Assembly (NCBI GenBank): GCA_028868715.1
Contig: JAGWUB010000002.1
Span: forward strand, 211,388 to 275,387
Source of the DNA: Patescibacteria group bacterium
Lineage (GTDB): Bacteria > Patescibacteriota > Minisyncoccia > Phycocordibacterales > UBA9973
Length of the DNA stretch: 64,000 nt
Direction: 5' to 3'
Position 1 is the first letter of the stretch. Every line of letters begins with the position of its first letter. Under the pieces are notes generated by a model that was given only the letters and a program-made list of their open reading frames with translations, was not told where the DNA came from and did not search any database. Below, piece after piece: positions 1-8,304 of the stretch. The translations under genes and the position numbers were made by a program.

Positions 1-64
1 TTAAAAAACTAGCCCCGATGAGGATGACGATAGCGATGAGAATTATAATTGTTGATTTTGACAT
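1..64 (-). CDS. N-terminus of exported/membrane protein, runs off window (MSKSTIIILIAIVILIGASFL...)
   Basis: ATG at 64, hydrophobic signal-like segment, 14 nt downstream of the previous stop. Confidence 0.5.
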   Translation of the reverse strand, partial: MSKSTIIILIAIVILIGASFL

Positions 65-78
65 ATATTTTTAAATTT

Positions 79-510
79 TTATTTAATAATAGCTACTTCT
101 TTAGACATAAAGTAGGTGGACAAAACAAATATTAAAACATAAAAGATCAGCCCGAGCGCACAGGTGGGCAAACCAAATATATACGCACCCAACCCTTGCT
201 GAAATAAAATTGGAATTTCTTTGAAAGTAAAGTAGCCAGCAAACAGCATGCCCAAGAAGGACACCATGCTGAGACCCAGTAAAGCCTTTCTCTTTTCTAT
301 TTTAGAAAATACTAACAACGAGCTAAAAATAGTAATGAGTAGAAACATTCCAAACCCGAAATAACACGCTGGGTAACCCAAGAAAAATGGGCAACCTTCA
401 TTAAAGGCGCACGTCGACGTGAAAAATTTTACCCCACTCAAATATCCTGAGAACAAAAGCCCCGCTATTGATAATATAAACACCGTAATGCTAATTTTAT
501 TTTTTGCCAT
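79..510 (-). CDS. VKOR-like four-helix membrane protein
   Basis: 4 TM segments, loop CAFNEGC, GYPAC..G motif; lacks canonical CxxC. Confidence 0.55.
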   Translation of the reverse strand: MAKNKISITVFILSIAGLLFSGYLSGVKFFTSTCAFNEGCPFFLGYPACYFGFGMFLLITIFSSLLVFSKIEKRKALLGLSMVSFLGMLFAGYFTFKEIPILFQQGLGAYIFGLPTCALGLIFYVLIFVLSTYFMSKEVAIIK

Positions 511-531
511 ATATACTATTATACCATTTTT

Positions 532-780
532 TTATCTCACGATATTTTTTGCCATATCATTTATCCCTCCCCCGTCAGCCACATTTGTAAAACCAGCCTT
601 TTCCAGCAAACCTTTGGCCATTGCAGATCTATTGCCAGTCTGGCAATACACAGTGATGACTTCATCTTTTTTTACATCTGGAAAAGATCCCTGCATCATA
701 TCAATGATATCGAAAAGCTTGGCGCCTTCTATGTGGCCATTGTCATATTCCTCTTTGGTGCGCACATCTAAAATTACCAT
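532..780 (-). CDS. Rhodanese-like domain protein
   Basis: ILDVRT..EY..GHIEGA and YCQTGNRS active-site loop. Confidence 0.9.
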   Translation of the reverse strand: MVILDVRTKEEYDNGHIEGAKLFDIIDMMQGSFPDVKKDEVITVYCQTGNRSAMAKGLLEKAGFTNVADGGGINDMAKNIVR

Positions 781-812
781 AAATATATTTTTATTTTCCC
801 TAATAAAATTGA

Positions 813-1035
813 GTTAACCCCAAGTGCCATGACTAAAATAATAAAATGAATTACAATAATGGTCTTGAATTGGGGTCAACGTACCATATGCCGAACAAGA
901 TTAAATTTTATTACAACACTTCCCAGAAAACGTTAACCCCGATGTCTTGACCAGAACGATGATCTTCATCACAAAAATGGTCTTGAACCGGGGTTAACAC
1001 TTATTATGCCGAATAAGGTGAAATTTTATTACAAC
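813..1035 (-). repeat. Two imperfect ~104-bp direct repeats (813-917, 932-1035), each a promoter-like motif plus a 67-68 nt hairpin
   Basis: Shared GTTAACCCC...AATGGTCTTGAA..GGGGT(C/T)AAC and TATGCCGAA.AAG..AAATTTTATTACAAC blocks. Confidence 0.85.
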
Positions 1036-1514
1036 TATAAACTCTCGGCGAGTTTGTCGAGCGATTGGTTCCAGCCCATGGTCGCCATCTCAGCCATCTC
1101 CTTTGGATGGCCCTCGTGCGTCAGGGTCAATTTGGTTTTGCCGTCTATTTCTTCAAATTCAAAAGTTACTTTCATCTCCTCTGGCCAAGTTCCTGGCATA
1201 CCCACCGCATTGGGAGAAATTATATTTCCATCTTTATCAGTAAAATGATCCATGGCCACTATCTTTTTCATTGGCACGATTTCTAAAAATGATCCGCCAC
1301 TCCAATAATCTTGCGCCGGCATATTTGGCCCAGCTGAGCCATGCATGCAGTAGAGATATTGCCCACCGATTTTAAAATCAATTTTAATAACTGGCGCCGT
1401 AAAATTTTTCGGCCCCCACCACTTCTGTATCCCCTCCACCGTAGTCCACGTCTCCCAAACCTTCCCCACCGGAGCATCAAACATTCTCGTAATTACTATA
1501 TCTTTTGTATCCAT
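1035..1514 (-). CDS. SRPBCC/AHSA1 domain protein
   Basis: ITRMFDAPVGKVWETWT...WWGP and GWNQSLDKL. Confidence 0.9.
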   Translation of the reverse strand: MDTKDIVITRMFDAPVGKVWETWTTVEGIQKWWGPKNFTAPVIKIDFKIGGQYLYCMHGSAGPNMPAQDYWSGGSFLEIVPMKKIVAMDHFTDKDGNIISPNAVGMPGTWPEEMKVTFEFEEIDGKTKLTLTHEGHPKEMAEMATMGWNQSLDKLAESL

Positions 1515-1533
1515 AAATTTATTTTAACATATT

Positions 1534-1758
1534 TTATTTCAATTGTTGAATTGCTCTTTGGTTGTCTTGTTCAATCAAATTTCTCGCATTCCTTGCCGCA
1601 TTAATATCCCCAAAGCCTCCATTCATCATATTGTTGTTACTACCCTGCCCGGTAGGGAAATTTGTAAACAACCCCGTCCTGACAATTATAAACGCAACAA
1701 TAGCCACTCCAATCAAAAGCATCAAAATCCCGATAAATCCTCTGTTGTGTTTTTTCAT
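1534..1758 (-). CDS. Small membrane-anchored hypothetical protein (pilin-like N-terminus RGF)
   Basis: NRGFIG followed by a hydrophobic helix. Confidence 0.6.
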   Translation of the reverse strand: MKKHNRGFIGILMLLIGVAIVAFIIVRTGLFTNFPTGQGSNNNMMNGGFGDINAARNARNLIEQDNQRAIQQLK

Positions 1759-1776
1759 TTATAAATTATAACCTAT

Positions 1777-2130
1777 TTAATCTAGATGAACATGTATCTT
1801 TTTTTCTCGTATTTTTGATGCTTCTGCTAACGCTTTTGAGATTTCTTTCAAATATTTACTAACCATTTCATTTGGAATATGTATAGTATTGTAGCCATCT
1901 TTGGTAGACCAATAACCCCTATTCAAATCTTTTATAATTTGCTCAGAATTTGTAAGGTGGTGAACACCATCGACTTCTATATCAAGCTTTGCTTTTGGAA
2001 TTTCTATATCCACATATTTAAAACCGTCAAAGGCTTCCATTTCTACTTCCACTCCTAAATTTTCAAGAGCATTTTTTAAATCAATAGCTATTTTGGTAGG
2101 TTGTGGTTTTGGGTGTGTAATTTTTAACAT
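1777..2130 (-). CDS. DUF559/Vsr-like PD-(D/E)xK endonuclease domain protein
   Basis: YVDI...KLDIEVDGVHH...GY.TIHIPN. Confidence 0.75.
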   Translation of the reverse strand: MLKITHPKPQPTKIAIDLKNALENLGVEVEMEAFDGFKYVDIEIPKAKLDIEVDGVHHLTNSEQIIKDLNRGYWSTKDGYNTIHIPNEMVSKYLKEISKALAEASKIREKKIHVHLD

Positions 2131-2162
2131 TATCTTATTTTACCTTAATTTAAGACTGGTGC

Positions 2163-2507
2163 CTATTTAGTATCCAAAAGGCACTCGCAGGGTTTGTTTT
2201 TGAGGATTATTTTTTGCTCTTTTATGGTATTTATAAACACGTTTTGGCTGGCCTTGCCACGGGCTAGTTTTTTATCTAGCGGGGTGTGGTGATTGTAGCC
2301 ACGCTTGGTAAATTCTTTGACCAAGGCTTGATGCCTGCCATAGAGCGCTCGCTCTTTCCCTACCCAACGCAAAGTCTCTGGATGGTGTGAATAACCACTC
2401 CGGCCTTTATGTTTGGTTAAAATATTCCAAAGACCATGTAGCTCGCGGTGCTCCGCGAGTAAATGTTTTCGGCATAGATGTTTTGGATGAATATCCCAGA
2501 CACGCAT
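2163..2507 (-). CDS. Pyrimidine dimer DNA glycosylase (endonuclease V family)
   Basis: MRVWDIHPKHLCRKHLLAEHRELH, HPETLRW, RGYNH. Confidence 0.85.
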   Translation of the reverse strand: MRVWDIHPKHLCRKHLLAEHRELHGLWNILTKHKGRSGYSHHPETLRWVGKERALYGRHQALVKEFTKRGYNHHTPLDKKLARGKASQNVFINTIKEQKIILKNKPCECLLDTK

Positions 2508-2725
2508 TAGACTAATTTCTTTAGCTCTTCTTCGTATTTTTTCATGACTTGGAGGCCGGCGTCGGTTTGCGACATGCCGGACTTTACTTTTTCCTCCACT
2601 TCTTTGGCGATCTTTTGAAAAAGCTCCGGATTTTTTTCAATCATAGACACAAACATATCTATCTGTGCCTCCGGCACACCCTTTGTCCTAAGCATCTTTT
2701 TAAGTAAAAAATTTTGCATTCCCAT
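2507..2725 (-). CDS. Small helical hypothetical protein
   Basis: ORF with TGtTATACT 6 nt upstream; stop overlaps the next start. Confidence 0.7.
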   Translation of the reverse strand: MGMQNFLLKKMLRTKGVPEAQIDMFVSMIEKNPELFQKIAKEVEEKVKSGMSQTDAGLQVMKKYEEELKKLV

Positions 2726-2761
2726 GGTGCCAGTATAACATAAATAGGTAAAACGTTTCTA

Positions 2762-3163
2762 TCAACGATACAGCGCCGAGGTTCTCTTGAGCTCCCTCCT
2801 GATAGCCTTGTGATTTGGTGCCACTTCGGCCACCAAGCTCCAAAAATTCACCGAATGATTAAATTCTTTTAAATGGCACAGCTCATGCACAATAATGTAG
2901 TCGGCAATGTGTGGGGGTAGAAATAAAATTTTGTAATTGAAATTTAAATTCCCGCCCTTGGAGCAGCTACCCCAACGAGTTTTAGTATCACGGATGGCTA
3001 CCCTGCTTATCTTGAAATTATAATGGGTATTTAGTTCTGTGATCCTTTGATGGACTAGGGCGCGAGCGGTTTCCTTGTGCTTTTTGTAATCCCATCTCGA
3101 AAATTTTTTCTTGCCAAGCAATTTTAAAATTTCATCTACTCGCAGAGGTTGGTTTCGTATCAT
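2762..3163 (-). CDS. YgjP/DUF45 (M48-like) metal-dependent hydrolase
   Basis: TRWGSCS, DYIIVHELCHL..NHS..FW. Confidence 0.9.
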   Translation of the reverse strand: MIRNQPLRVDEILKLLGKKKFSRWDYKKHKETARALVHQRITELNTHYNFKISRVAIRDTKTRWGSCSKGGNLNFNYKILFLPPHIADYIIVHELCHLKEFNHSVNFWSLVAEVAPNHKAIRRELKRTSALYR

Positions 3164-3164
3164 A

Positions 3165-3389
3165 TTAATTTTCCACTATTAAAAGCTTGCTCGGATGTTT
3201 GTGACCGTTCACTATACGGACCTTGTTTTTAGGGACCTTAAAATATTCAGCCACCAACACTAAGATACGTGAATTCGCAAAATTTTTTTCAGCCTTTTCT
3301 TTGACCGAAACTTCAAAATGATCCTCGGATTTCTTTTTCCAAGACTCTTTTTTTGCTCCAGCGGTGACTTTGAGGTGAATGTAGCCCAT
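3165..3389 (-). CDS. DUF167 (YggU-like) protein
   Basis: LKVTAGAK...AEKNFAN...V.IV.G.....K. Confidence 0.8.
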   Translation of the reverse strand: MGYIHLKVTAGAKKESWKKKSEDHFEVSVKEKAEKNFANSRILVLVAEYFKVPKNKVRIVNGHKHPSKLLIVEN

Positions 3390-3877
3390 TATTTCAGATA
3401 ACTATCAAAATAAATGGCATGGCAAGTGTAGCCTCCTGGATTCTTTTGCAAATAATCCTGATGATAATCTTCGGCTAGATAAAACTTGCCAAGTGGCTCC
3501 AAGCTCGTGACCACTGGGTTCGGCCAGCGCTTTGACTTATTTACAATATCAATAAAATTTTCAGCTTCTTGTTTTTCTTCTTCGTTGCCATAAAAAATAG
3601 CTGAGCGGTAAGAAGTGCCTCGGTCATTTCCCTGCTGGTTTAGGGTTGTGGGATTGTGAATTTGAAAGAAAAAATCCAACAACTTTTTATATGAAGTCTT
3701 TTCGGTGTCGTATTCTATTTCCACTGCTTCGGCATGCCCTTCGTGGTTGTGATAAGTCGGATTTTCTACCTTGCCGCCAGTATAGCCGACGCTAGTGTTT
3801 ACTACCCCCGGCTGTTTTCGGATCAAGTCCTCCAAACCCCAAAAACATCCTCCCGCTAATACTATTTTTTTAATCAT
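3389..3877 (-). CDS. msrA: Peptide-methionine (S)-S-oxide reductase
   Basis: [35 protein letters not shown]. Confidence 0.97.
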   Translation of the reverse strand: MIKKIVLAGGCFWGLEDLIRKQPGVVNTSVGYTGGKVENPTYHNHEGHAEAVEIEYDTEKTSYKKLLDFFFQIHNPTTLNQQGNDRGTSYRSAIFYGNEEEKQEAENFIDIVNKSKRWPNPVVTSLEPLGKFYLAEDYHQDYLQKNPGGYTCHAIYFDSYLK

Positions 3878-3889
3878 TCTTAAATTTAT

Positions 3890-4258
3890 TTACAAGAAAA
3901 ACAAATATATGCCGATGACGATAGCCACAAAACCATAAACGCCGAAGGCGGTTCGAAATTTTTTTACGAAATTCTGGTTTAATATCTCAGGCATAAAAAT
4001 GTAGGCCAAACCTTTCGCTAAAACCATCCAGACAAAGACGGTGACTAGGGTGCGCCATGTCCCATCCCAAACATTGTACTGCAGGAGGTATATCGACGAG
4101 AGGAACAGCAAAATCACCCCAGTCAAATACACAATGGCTGGATGATCAAAAAAGTCCTGAAGTAAATGTGGGATTGTCTTGCCCTTGATAATAAGAAACA
4201 AACCACTAACTACTAAATAGATACCTAGTATTTTCGCAACCAAAATTGTTATATCCAT
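3890..4258 (-). CDS. Four-TM hypothetical membrane protein
   Basis: Hydrophobic ORF; start taken at MDITIL (4258). Confidence 0.75.
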   Translation of the reverse strand: MDITILVAKILGIYLVVSGLFLIIKGKTIPHLLQDFFDHPAIVYLTGVILLFLSSIYLLQYNVWDGTWRTLVTVFVWMVLAKGLAYIFMPEILNQNFVKKFRTAFGVYGFVAIVIGIYLFFL

Positions 4259-4340
4259 AAAATATACTCGCCCCGCCAACGGCGTGGGTTGGTTATTAAT
4301 AATATATTAATTATAACACAAACATTTTGCATAGTGGGGG

Positions 4341-4366
4341 TGTAAGAAATACTTGGACTAAACGTC
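4341..4366 (+). promoter_or_regulatory. ECF-sigma-like promoter TGTAAG-N16-CGTC
   Basis: Matches motif also at 890-915, 1008-1033, 32990-33015 and 45344-45369. Confidence 0.45.
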
Positions 4367-4441
4367 AATAAACTATGTAATCCAATATTATCTCTTTGTC
4401 GAAAGGGATAGTTAGAATTATTAGTTAAATTAAAAATTAAT

Positions 4442-5206
4442 ATGAATAAAACAATAGGAATTATCATAGCGATTATCGTAATCATCGGTGGTGTGTATTT
4501 GTATACTCGTACCTCAAATAACACGAACTTATCCGAGACAAATACTGCAAGTACTACTCCAGAGAGTAGCCAAACAAATCAAGCTGCTGTGGCTCAAGGT
4601 CGAGCAGTTTTTTCGGTCACTGATGCGGCGACCAACATGAGCACTATCAGCGAGATAACGATGAAGATCAATAGTGTCGATGTCCACAGTGCCACCACGG
4701 GCTGGACGACTGTCTCTACCAATCCGCAGGTTTTCAATCTGCTTACCCTAAATGCTAAGAATCAGTCACAACTTTTGGCTGATGCAAACATAAGCGAGGG
4801 TACTTATGATCAAGTGCGTTTGATGGTGGATTCTATCACTGTCACTACTAAGGCTGGCGCAACCACCCAAGCCAAGCTTCCTTCTGGTGAATTAAAAATT
4901 AATACCAACCTAATAATAAAGGCTGGTGGCGCTACAAGCATTAATTTTGACTTCCTCGCAAGCAAATCTCTACACATAACTGGAAATGGAAAATACATTT
5001 TCGCTCCAGTTGTAAAGACAGAGTCAAGGAGTGATTCAAAGATAAATGTAGATGCAAATAATGTGGTTAAGGTTTCTGCTGGAAAAGTAGATGATACAAA
5101 TACTGTCGGCATGGATATCGATGGTAGTATCAAAAAGGATTTTCAAATTAAGAGCGATCAAAAATTAGAAATTGATACCAATAATGCTATCAAGCTAAAG
5201 CTTTAA
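4442..5206 (+). CDS. DUF4382 domain exported protein
   Basis: N-terminal TM, VTDA, G.YDQVRL, KLPSG.LK, FDF..SKS, YIF.PVVK. Confidence 0.8.
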   Translation: MNKTIGIIIAIIVIIGGVYLYTRTSNNTNLSETNTASTTPESSQTNQAAVAQGRAVFSVTDAATNMSTISEITMKINSVDVHSATTGWTTVSTNPQVFNLLTLNAKNQSQLLADANISEGTYDQVRLMVDSITVTTKAGATTQAKLPSGELKINTNLIIKAGGATSINFDFLASKSLHITGNGKYIFAPVVKTESRSDSKINVDANNVVKVSAGKVDDTNTVGMDIDGSIKKDFQIKSDQKLEIDTNNAIKLKL

Positions 5207-5218
5207 TTTAAAATTCAT

Positions 5219-5249
5219 TAAAAAAACCTCGCTAGTGCGAGGTTTTTTT
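5219..5249. terminator. Bidirectional intrinsic terminator
   Basis: AAAAAAACCTCGC-TAGT-GCGAGGTTTTTTT between convergent genes. Confidence 0.85.
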
Positions 5250-5262
5250 AATATTTTTTTAA

Positions 5263-6228
5263 CTATTTTGTGCCGCAATGTGCCTTGAGGGCAGCTAGGT
5301 CGGTGGCGGTCAGCGCTGTGTTTGTGCCTTGATTTAATTTATACATTATGGCTTTGGGGTCATCTACGTGCTCTAGGCCAAGCGCGTGCCCGAGCTCGTG
5401 CGCCAAGACTCGCACCAATTTATCGCGATTGCTAAATTCATAAATATCTATTTCTTTATTGATGCCATCGCTGACATATAGCCCTTCTTCAAACGTTTCC
5501 CCGCGCGAAACGTTGGTGGTGTTGTATTTATCGACAGAGAGGTTTAGGGTGTTGATCAGGCGATTGAGGGCGACGACTAACGCATTTATTTCATCCGCTT
5601 GGGCGTTTAGATTGTTTTGCAAAACTTGGATTTGCTTTGATTCGGCTACTAGCTCGAGGCGAGTGGCTTCTAGTTTATTAAATTCCGCTTGGGGTGCTCC
5701 GTTTCGCGCATTCCAATATTGCACTTGCGTCTCGTAAGCTTGTTGTCTTTGGTTAAAAGACGCCACTTGGGTATTGAAAGCAGTTTTATTGATGTCGTAT
5801 TGCGCTTTCAGAGAATCAAACTTAACTTTTAACATATCGTACGATGAGCGGTTGTCCTCTACGGTAATCCCGAGACTGCTGAGTTTGCTCGTCGCCTGCT
5901 GGCGATAGTCATAAATTAAATTTACTTTTAAAACATCGGCTCCGGTGTCAGCGGGAGTATAGGTAAAGAGTTGTTTGCCATAGGGCTTTTCCCAGATAGC
6001 TTCCGCGTCGGCAAGAGCGCTAAGAAAATAACTTTTAGAAATACCAAACTGGGTGTCAAAAGTTCCGAGATTGTATGGTATTGGTTCGGCGCAAGGCACT
6101 GGTGGATGAATCCGCGACTCTATCTTGCTAAGAAGTGGCGCAAACTGAGTGCTAAGTGGCGCCCGAAATTGATACACCGATGCCACGAGAACGAGTAACG
6201 GTATTAAAATTTTTAAAATATTTTTCAT
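5263..6228 (-). CDS. Matrixin (M10) family secreted metalloprotease with coiled coil
   Basis: HELGHALGLEH zinc motif plus AIMY Met-turn. Confidence 0.9.
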   Translation of the reverse strand: MKNILKILIPLLVLVASVYQFRAPLSTQFAPLLSKIESRIHPPVPCAEPIPYNLGTFDTQFGISKSYFLSALADAEAIWEKPYGKQLFTYTPADTGADVLKVNLIYDYRQQATSKLSSLGITVEDNRSSYDMLKVKFDSLKAQYDINKTAFNTQVASFNQRQQAYETQVQYWNARNGAPQAEFNKLEATRLELVAESKQIQVLQNNLNAQADEINALVVALNRLINTLNLSVDKYNTTNVSRGETFEEGLYVSDGINKEIDIYEFSNRDKLVRVLAHELGHALGLEHVDDPKAIMYKLNQGTNTALTATDLAALKAHCGTK

Positions 6229-6932
6229 TTTTTTTCTTGATTTATCTCTGGTCTTATAAAATAAACTCTTCTATTGTCATTGTCGTAAAAAACAACGTCT
6301 TCTTCGTGAGCTATTGTTTTGGGGCCATTTATTATTTTTGGTTTAAATGTAAAAAAACTTTGTACTTCCTCTGAAATAAGATCTACTGCTTGGTGATAAT
6401 CCACACCAGCCAATCCTCCATCTGTATGTCCACCGAGAATCACAGCATCTACTGTTTGCGGTATACATTTGTCTTTGACTTCATCTAATCGTAATTTTAA
6501 ATCATTCAAAAATTGAGCTTTATTTAAAAAACGAGGAGTAGATACCTGATGAGTTAAAAAGGAAATATTTTTATTGGTTCCCTGTTCTATTCCCCCTACA
6601 ATCAAACTCGTACAAGAAAAAATTGCATCTGACATTTTATTTGAACCATTAACCTGAGACATCACATAGGTTCCTTCACCGGCGTGTAAAAAACCATTTT
6701 CTTGAAATTCATGTTCTTTGCCAAACCAGTCAATATTCTCTAAATTGTCATTGTCTCTATTAACTAATCCAAAATTATTATCTAAATGGGAATAATCTGC
6801 TTTCTTAAAACTTTCTTCATCAAATTCTTTAGACTTTCTAAAATCCTCAAGAGTACCAATACACACAAAGATAGGCTTCACCCCTTCTTTCAAGTGTCCT
6901 CTGTGTTCAGATATATTTATACCTTCCTTCAT
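6225..6932 (-). CDS. Hypothetical protein (possible CheD-like Cys/His fold)
   Basis: Long ORF with FSCTSLIVGG...FLTHQ and VILGG. Confidence 0.6.
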   Translation of the reverse strand: MKEGINISEHRGHLKEGVKPIFVCIGTLEDFRKSKEFDEESFKKADYSHLDNNFGLVNRDNDNLENIDWFGKEHEFQENGFLHAGEGTYVMSQVNGSNKMSDAIFSCTSLIVGGIEQGTNKNISFLTHQVSTPRFLNKAQFLNDLKLRLDEVKDKCIPQTVDAVILGGHTDGGLAGVDYHQAVDLISEEVQSFFTFKPKIINGPKTIAHEEDVVFYDNDNRRVYFIRPEINQEKK

Positions 6933-6934
6933 TT

Positions 6935-7939
6935 TTATTTTTGAGTCAGAGTATACCTATCCAAAATAGCTTCAAACATAAGTGGAGCGACGATAGTGGC
7001 ATCGGATTCAATCACAAACATCGGAGTGTCCTTGGTGAGTTTGTCCCAAGTAATTTTTTCATTTGGAGTTGCGCCGGAATATGAACCATAGGAAGTCGTG
7101 GAGTCTGAAATCTGGCAGAAGTATCCCCATGGACGCACTTCTTTCTTTAAGTCGTATTTTATAGAAGGCACCACACAGATCGGGAAGTCGCCAGAGATAC
7201 CACCACCGATTTGGAAAAATCCAAGCCCCGGACCGTCTTTAGAAAGTTTTGGATACATGTCATATAGATACATCATGTACTCTATCCCAGTTTTTACAAC
7301 ATTTGAATTTGTTTCTCCATCATTACAGGCGGCAGCAAACACATTTCCCAAGGTCGAATCCTCCCACCCCGGAACAACTATTGGCAAATTTTTCTTCGCT
7401 GCCTCAAGTAGCCAGCAATGTTCGGGGTTGCCTTCGTATTTTCCTTTTAAATCATCAGAAAGTAACATTTTATAAAAATATTCGTGCGGGAAAAAACGCT
7501 CGCCTTTAGTTTCCGCATCCTTCCAGTGTTTTAAAATAATCGGCTCAATAACTCGAAAAGCTTCCTCCTCGGGGATAGTAGTGTCCGTAACTCGGCGCTC
7601 TCCTCGGTTTAAAATTGCCTCATCGTCTTCTTTGGTGAAATATCTATAGTCTGGGTAGTCCTTATAATGACTGTGTGCAACTAATCTAAAAATCGATTCC
7701 TCTAGGTTGGCACCTGTGCAAGATATGGTATGAATTTTGTCCTCTTTGATCATAGCCGCCAAGGTCACCCCCATCTGGGCCGAAGACATGGCTCCGCCCA
7801 TAGCCAGCATCATTTTACCGCCATCATCCAAGTGTTTTTTGAAAGCGAGGGTAGCATCCTTCATCGCCCGTGAATTAAAATTGTGGAATAGTTTTTGAAA
7901 TAGGCCCAATATTGAAAGCTGATTCTTTTCGTTACTCAT
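6935..7939 (-). CDS. Deoxyhypusine synthase family protein
   Basis: GAMSSA, CTGANLEE, IGGGISGDF, YSGATPNEKITWDKL, SDATIVAP; start moved to MSNEK (TATACT 6 nt upstream). Confidence 0.9.
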   Translation of the reverse strand: MSNEKNQLSILGLFQKLFHNFNSRAMKDATLAFKKHLDDGGKMMLAMGGAMSSAQMGVTLAAMIKEDKIHTISCTGANLEESIFRLVAHSHYKDYPDYRYFTKEDDEAILNRGERRVTDTTIPEEEAFRVIEPIILKHWKDAETKGERFFPHEYFYKMLLSDDLKGKYEGNPEHCWLLEAAKKNLPIVVPGWEDSTLGNVFAAACNDGETNSNVVKTGIEYMMYLYDMYPKLSKDGPGLGFFQIGGGISGDFPICVVPSIKYDLKKEVRPWGYFCQISDSTTSYGSYSGATPNEKITWDKLTKDTPMFVIESDATIVAPLMFEAILDRYTLTQK

Positions 7940-8030
7940 ATGTACAGTATACAAAATTTCTGCCAAAAAAGGCAACCTAGCTATGAGGGTTGTTTGCCTT
8001 TTTGGGGCCAATATGCAATAATAGCCCTAT

Positions 8031-8276
8031 ATGAATCTAGTGGTGAAAACTCTGCCATATGCGCAGATTATCCTTTCAGTGATATTAGTGACAGCAATCA
8101 TGCTTCAGCAGTCTGGAGCAGGCTTGGGTGGTGCTTTGGGTGGAGATGATACAGGTAGCTTTCATCACACTCGCCGAGGATTTGAAAAGTTTCTTTTTTA
8201 TTTGTCTATAGTATGTGGAATTCTTTTTGCTTTGTTTGCACTTCTGTCTATTGTATTGATAAAAACAAATAGCTAG
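8031..8276 (+). CDS. secG: Preprotein translocase subunit SecG
   Basis: IMLQQSGAGLGGALGG...TRRGFEKFL. Confidence 0.92.
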   Translation: MNLVVKTLPYAQIILSVILVTAIMLQQSGAGLGGALGGDDTGSFHHTRRGFEKFLFYLSIVCGILFALFALLSIVLIKTNS

Positions 8277-8304
8277 AAATTCCTCTACGTGAAAATTTCT
8301 TTTT

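Noticed and set aside
813-1035. Repeats as integron attC sites or a CRISPR array
   Set aside because: No RYYYAAC/GTTRRRY fit in both units, no cassette ORF between them, only two long divergent units, and no integrase or cas genes
7963-8004. Inverted repeat CCAAAAAAGGCAA...TTGCCTTTTTGG as an operator or RNA
   Set aside because: Explained by back-to-back TTGCCT -35 elements of the divergent DHS and secG promoters
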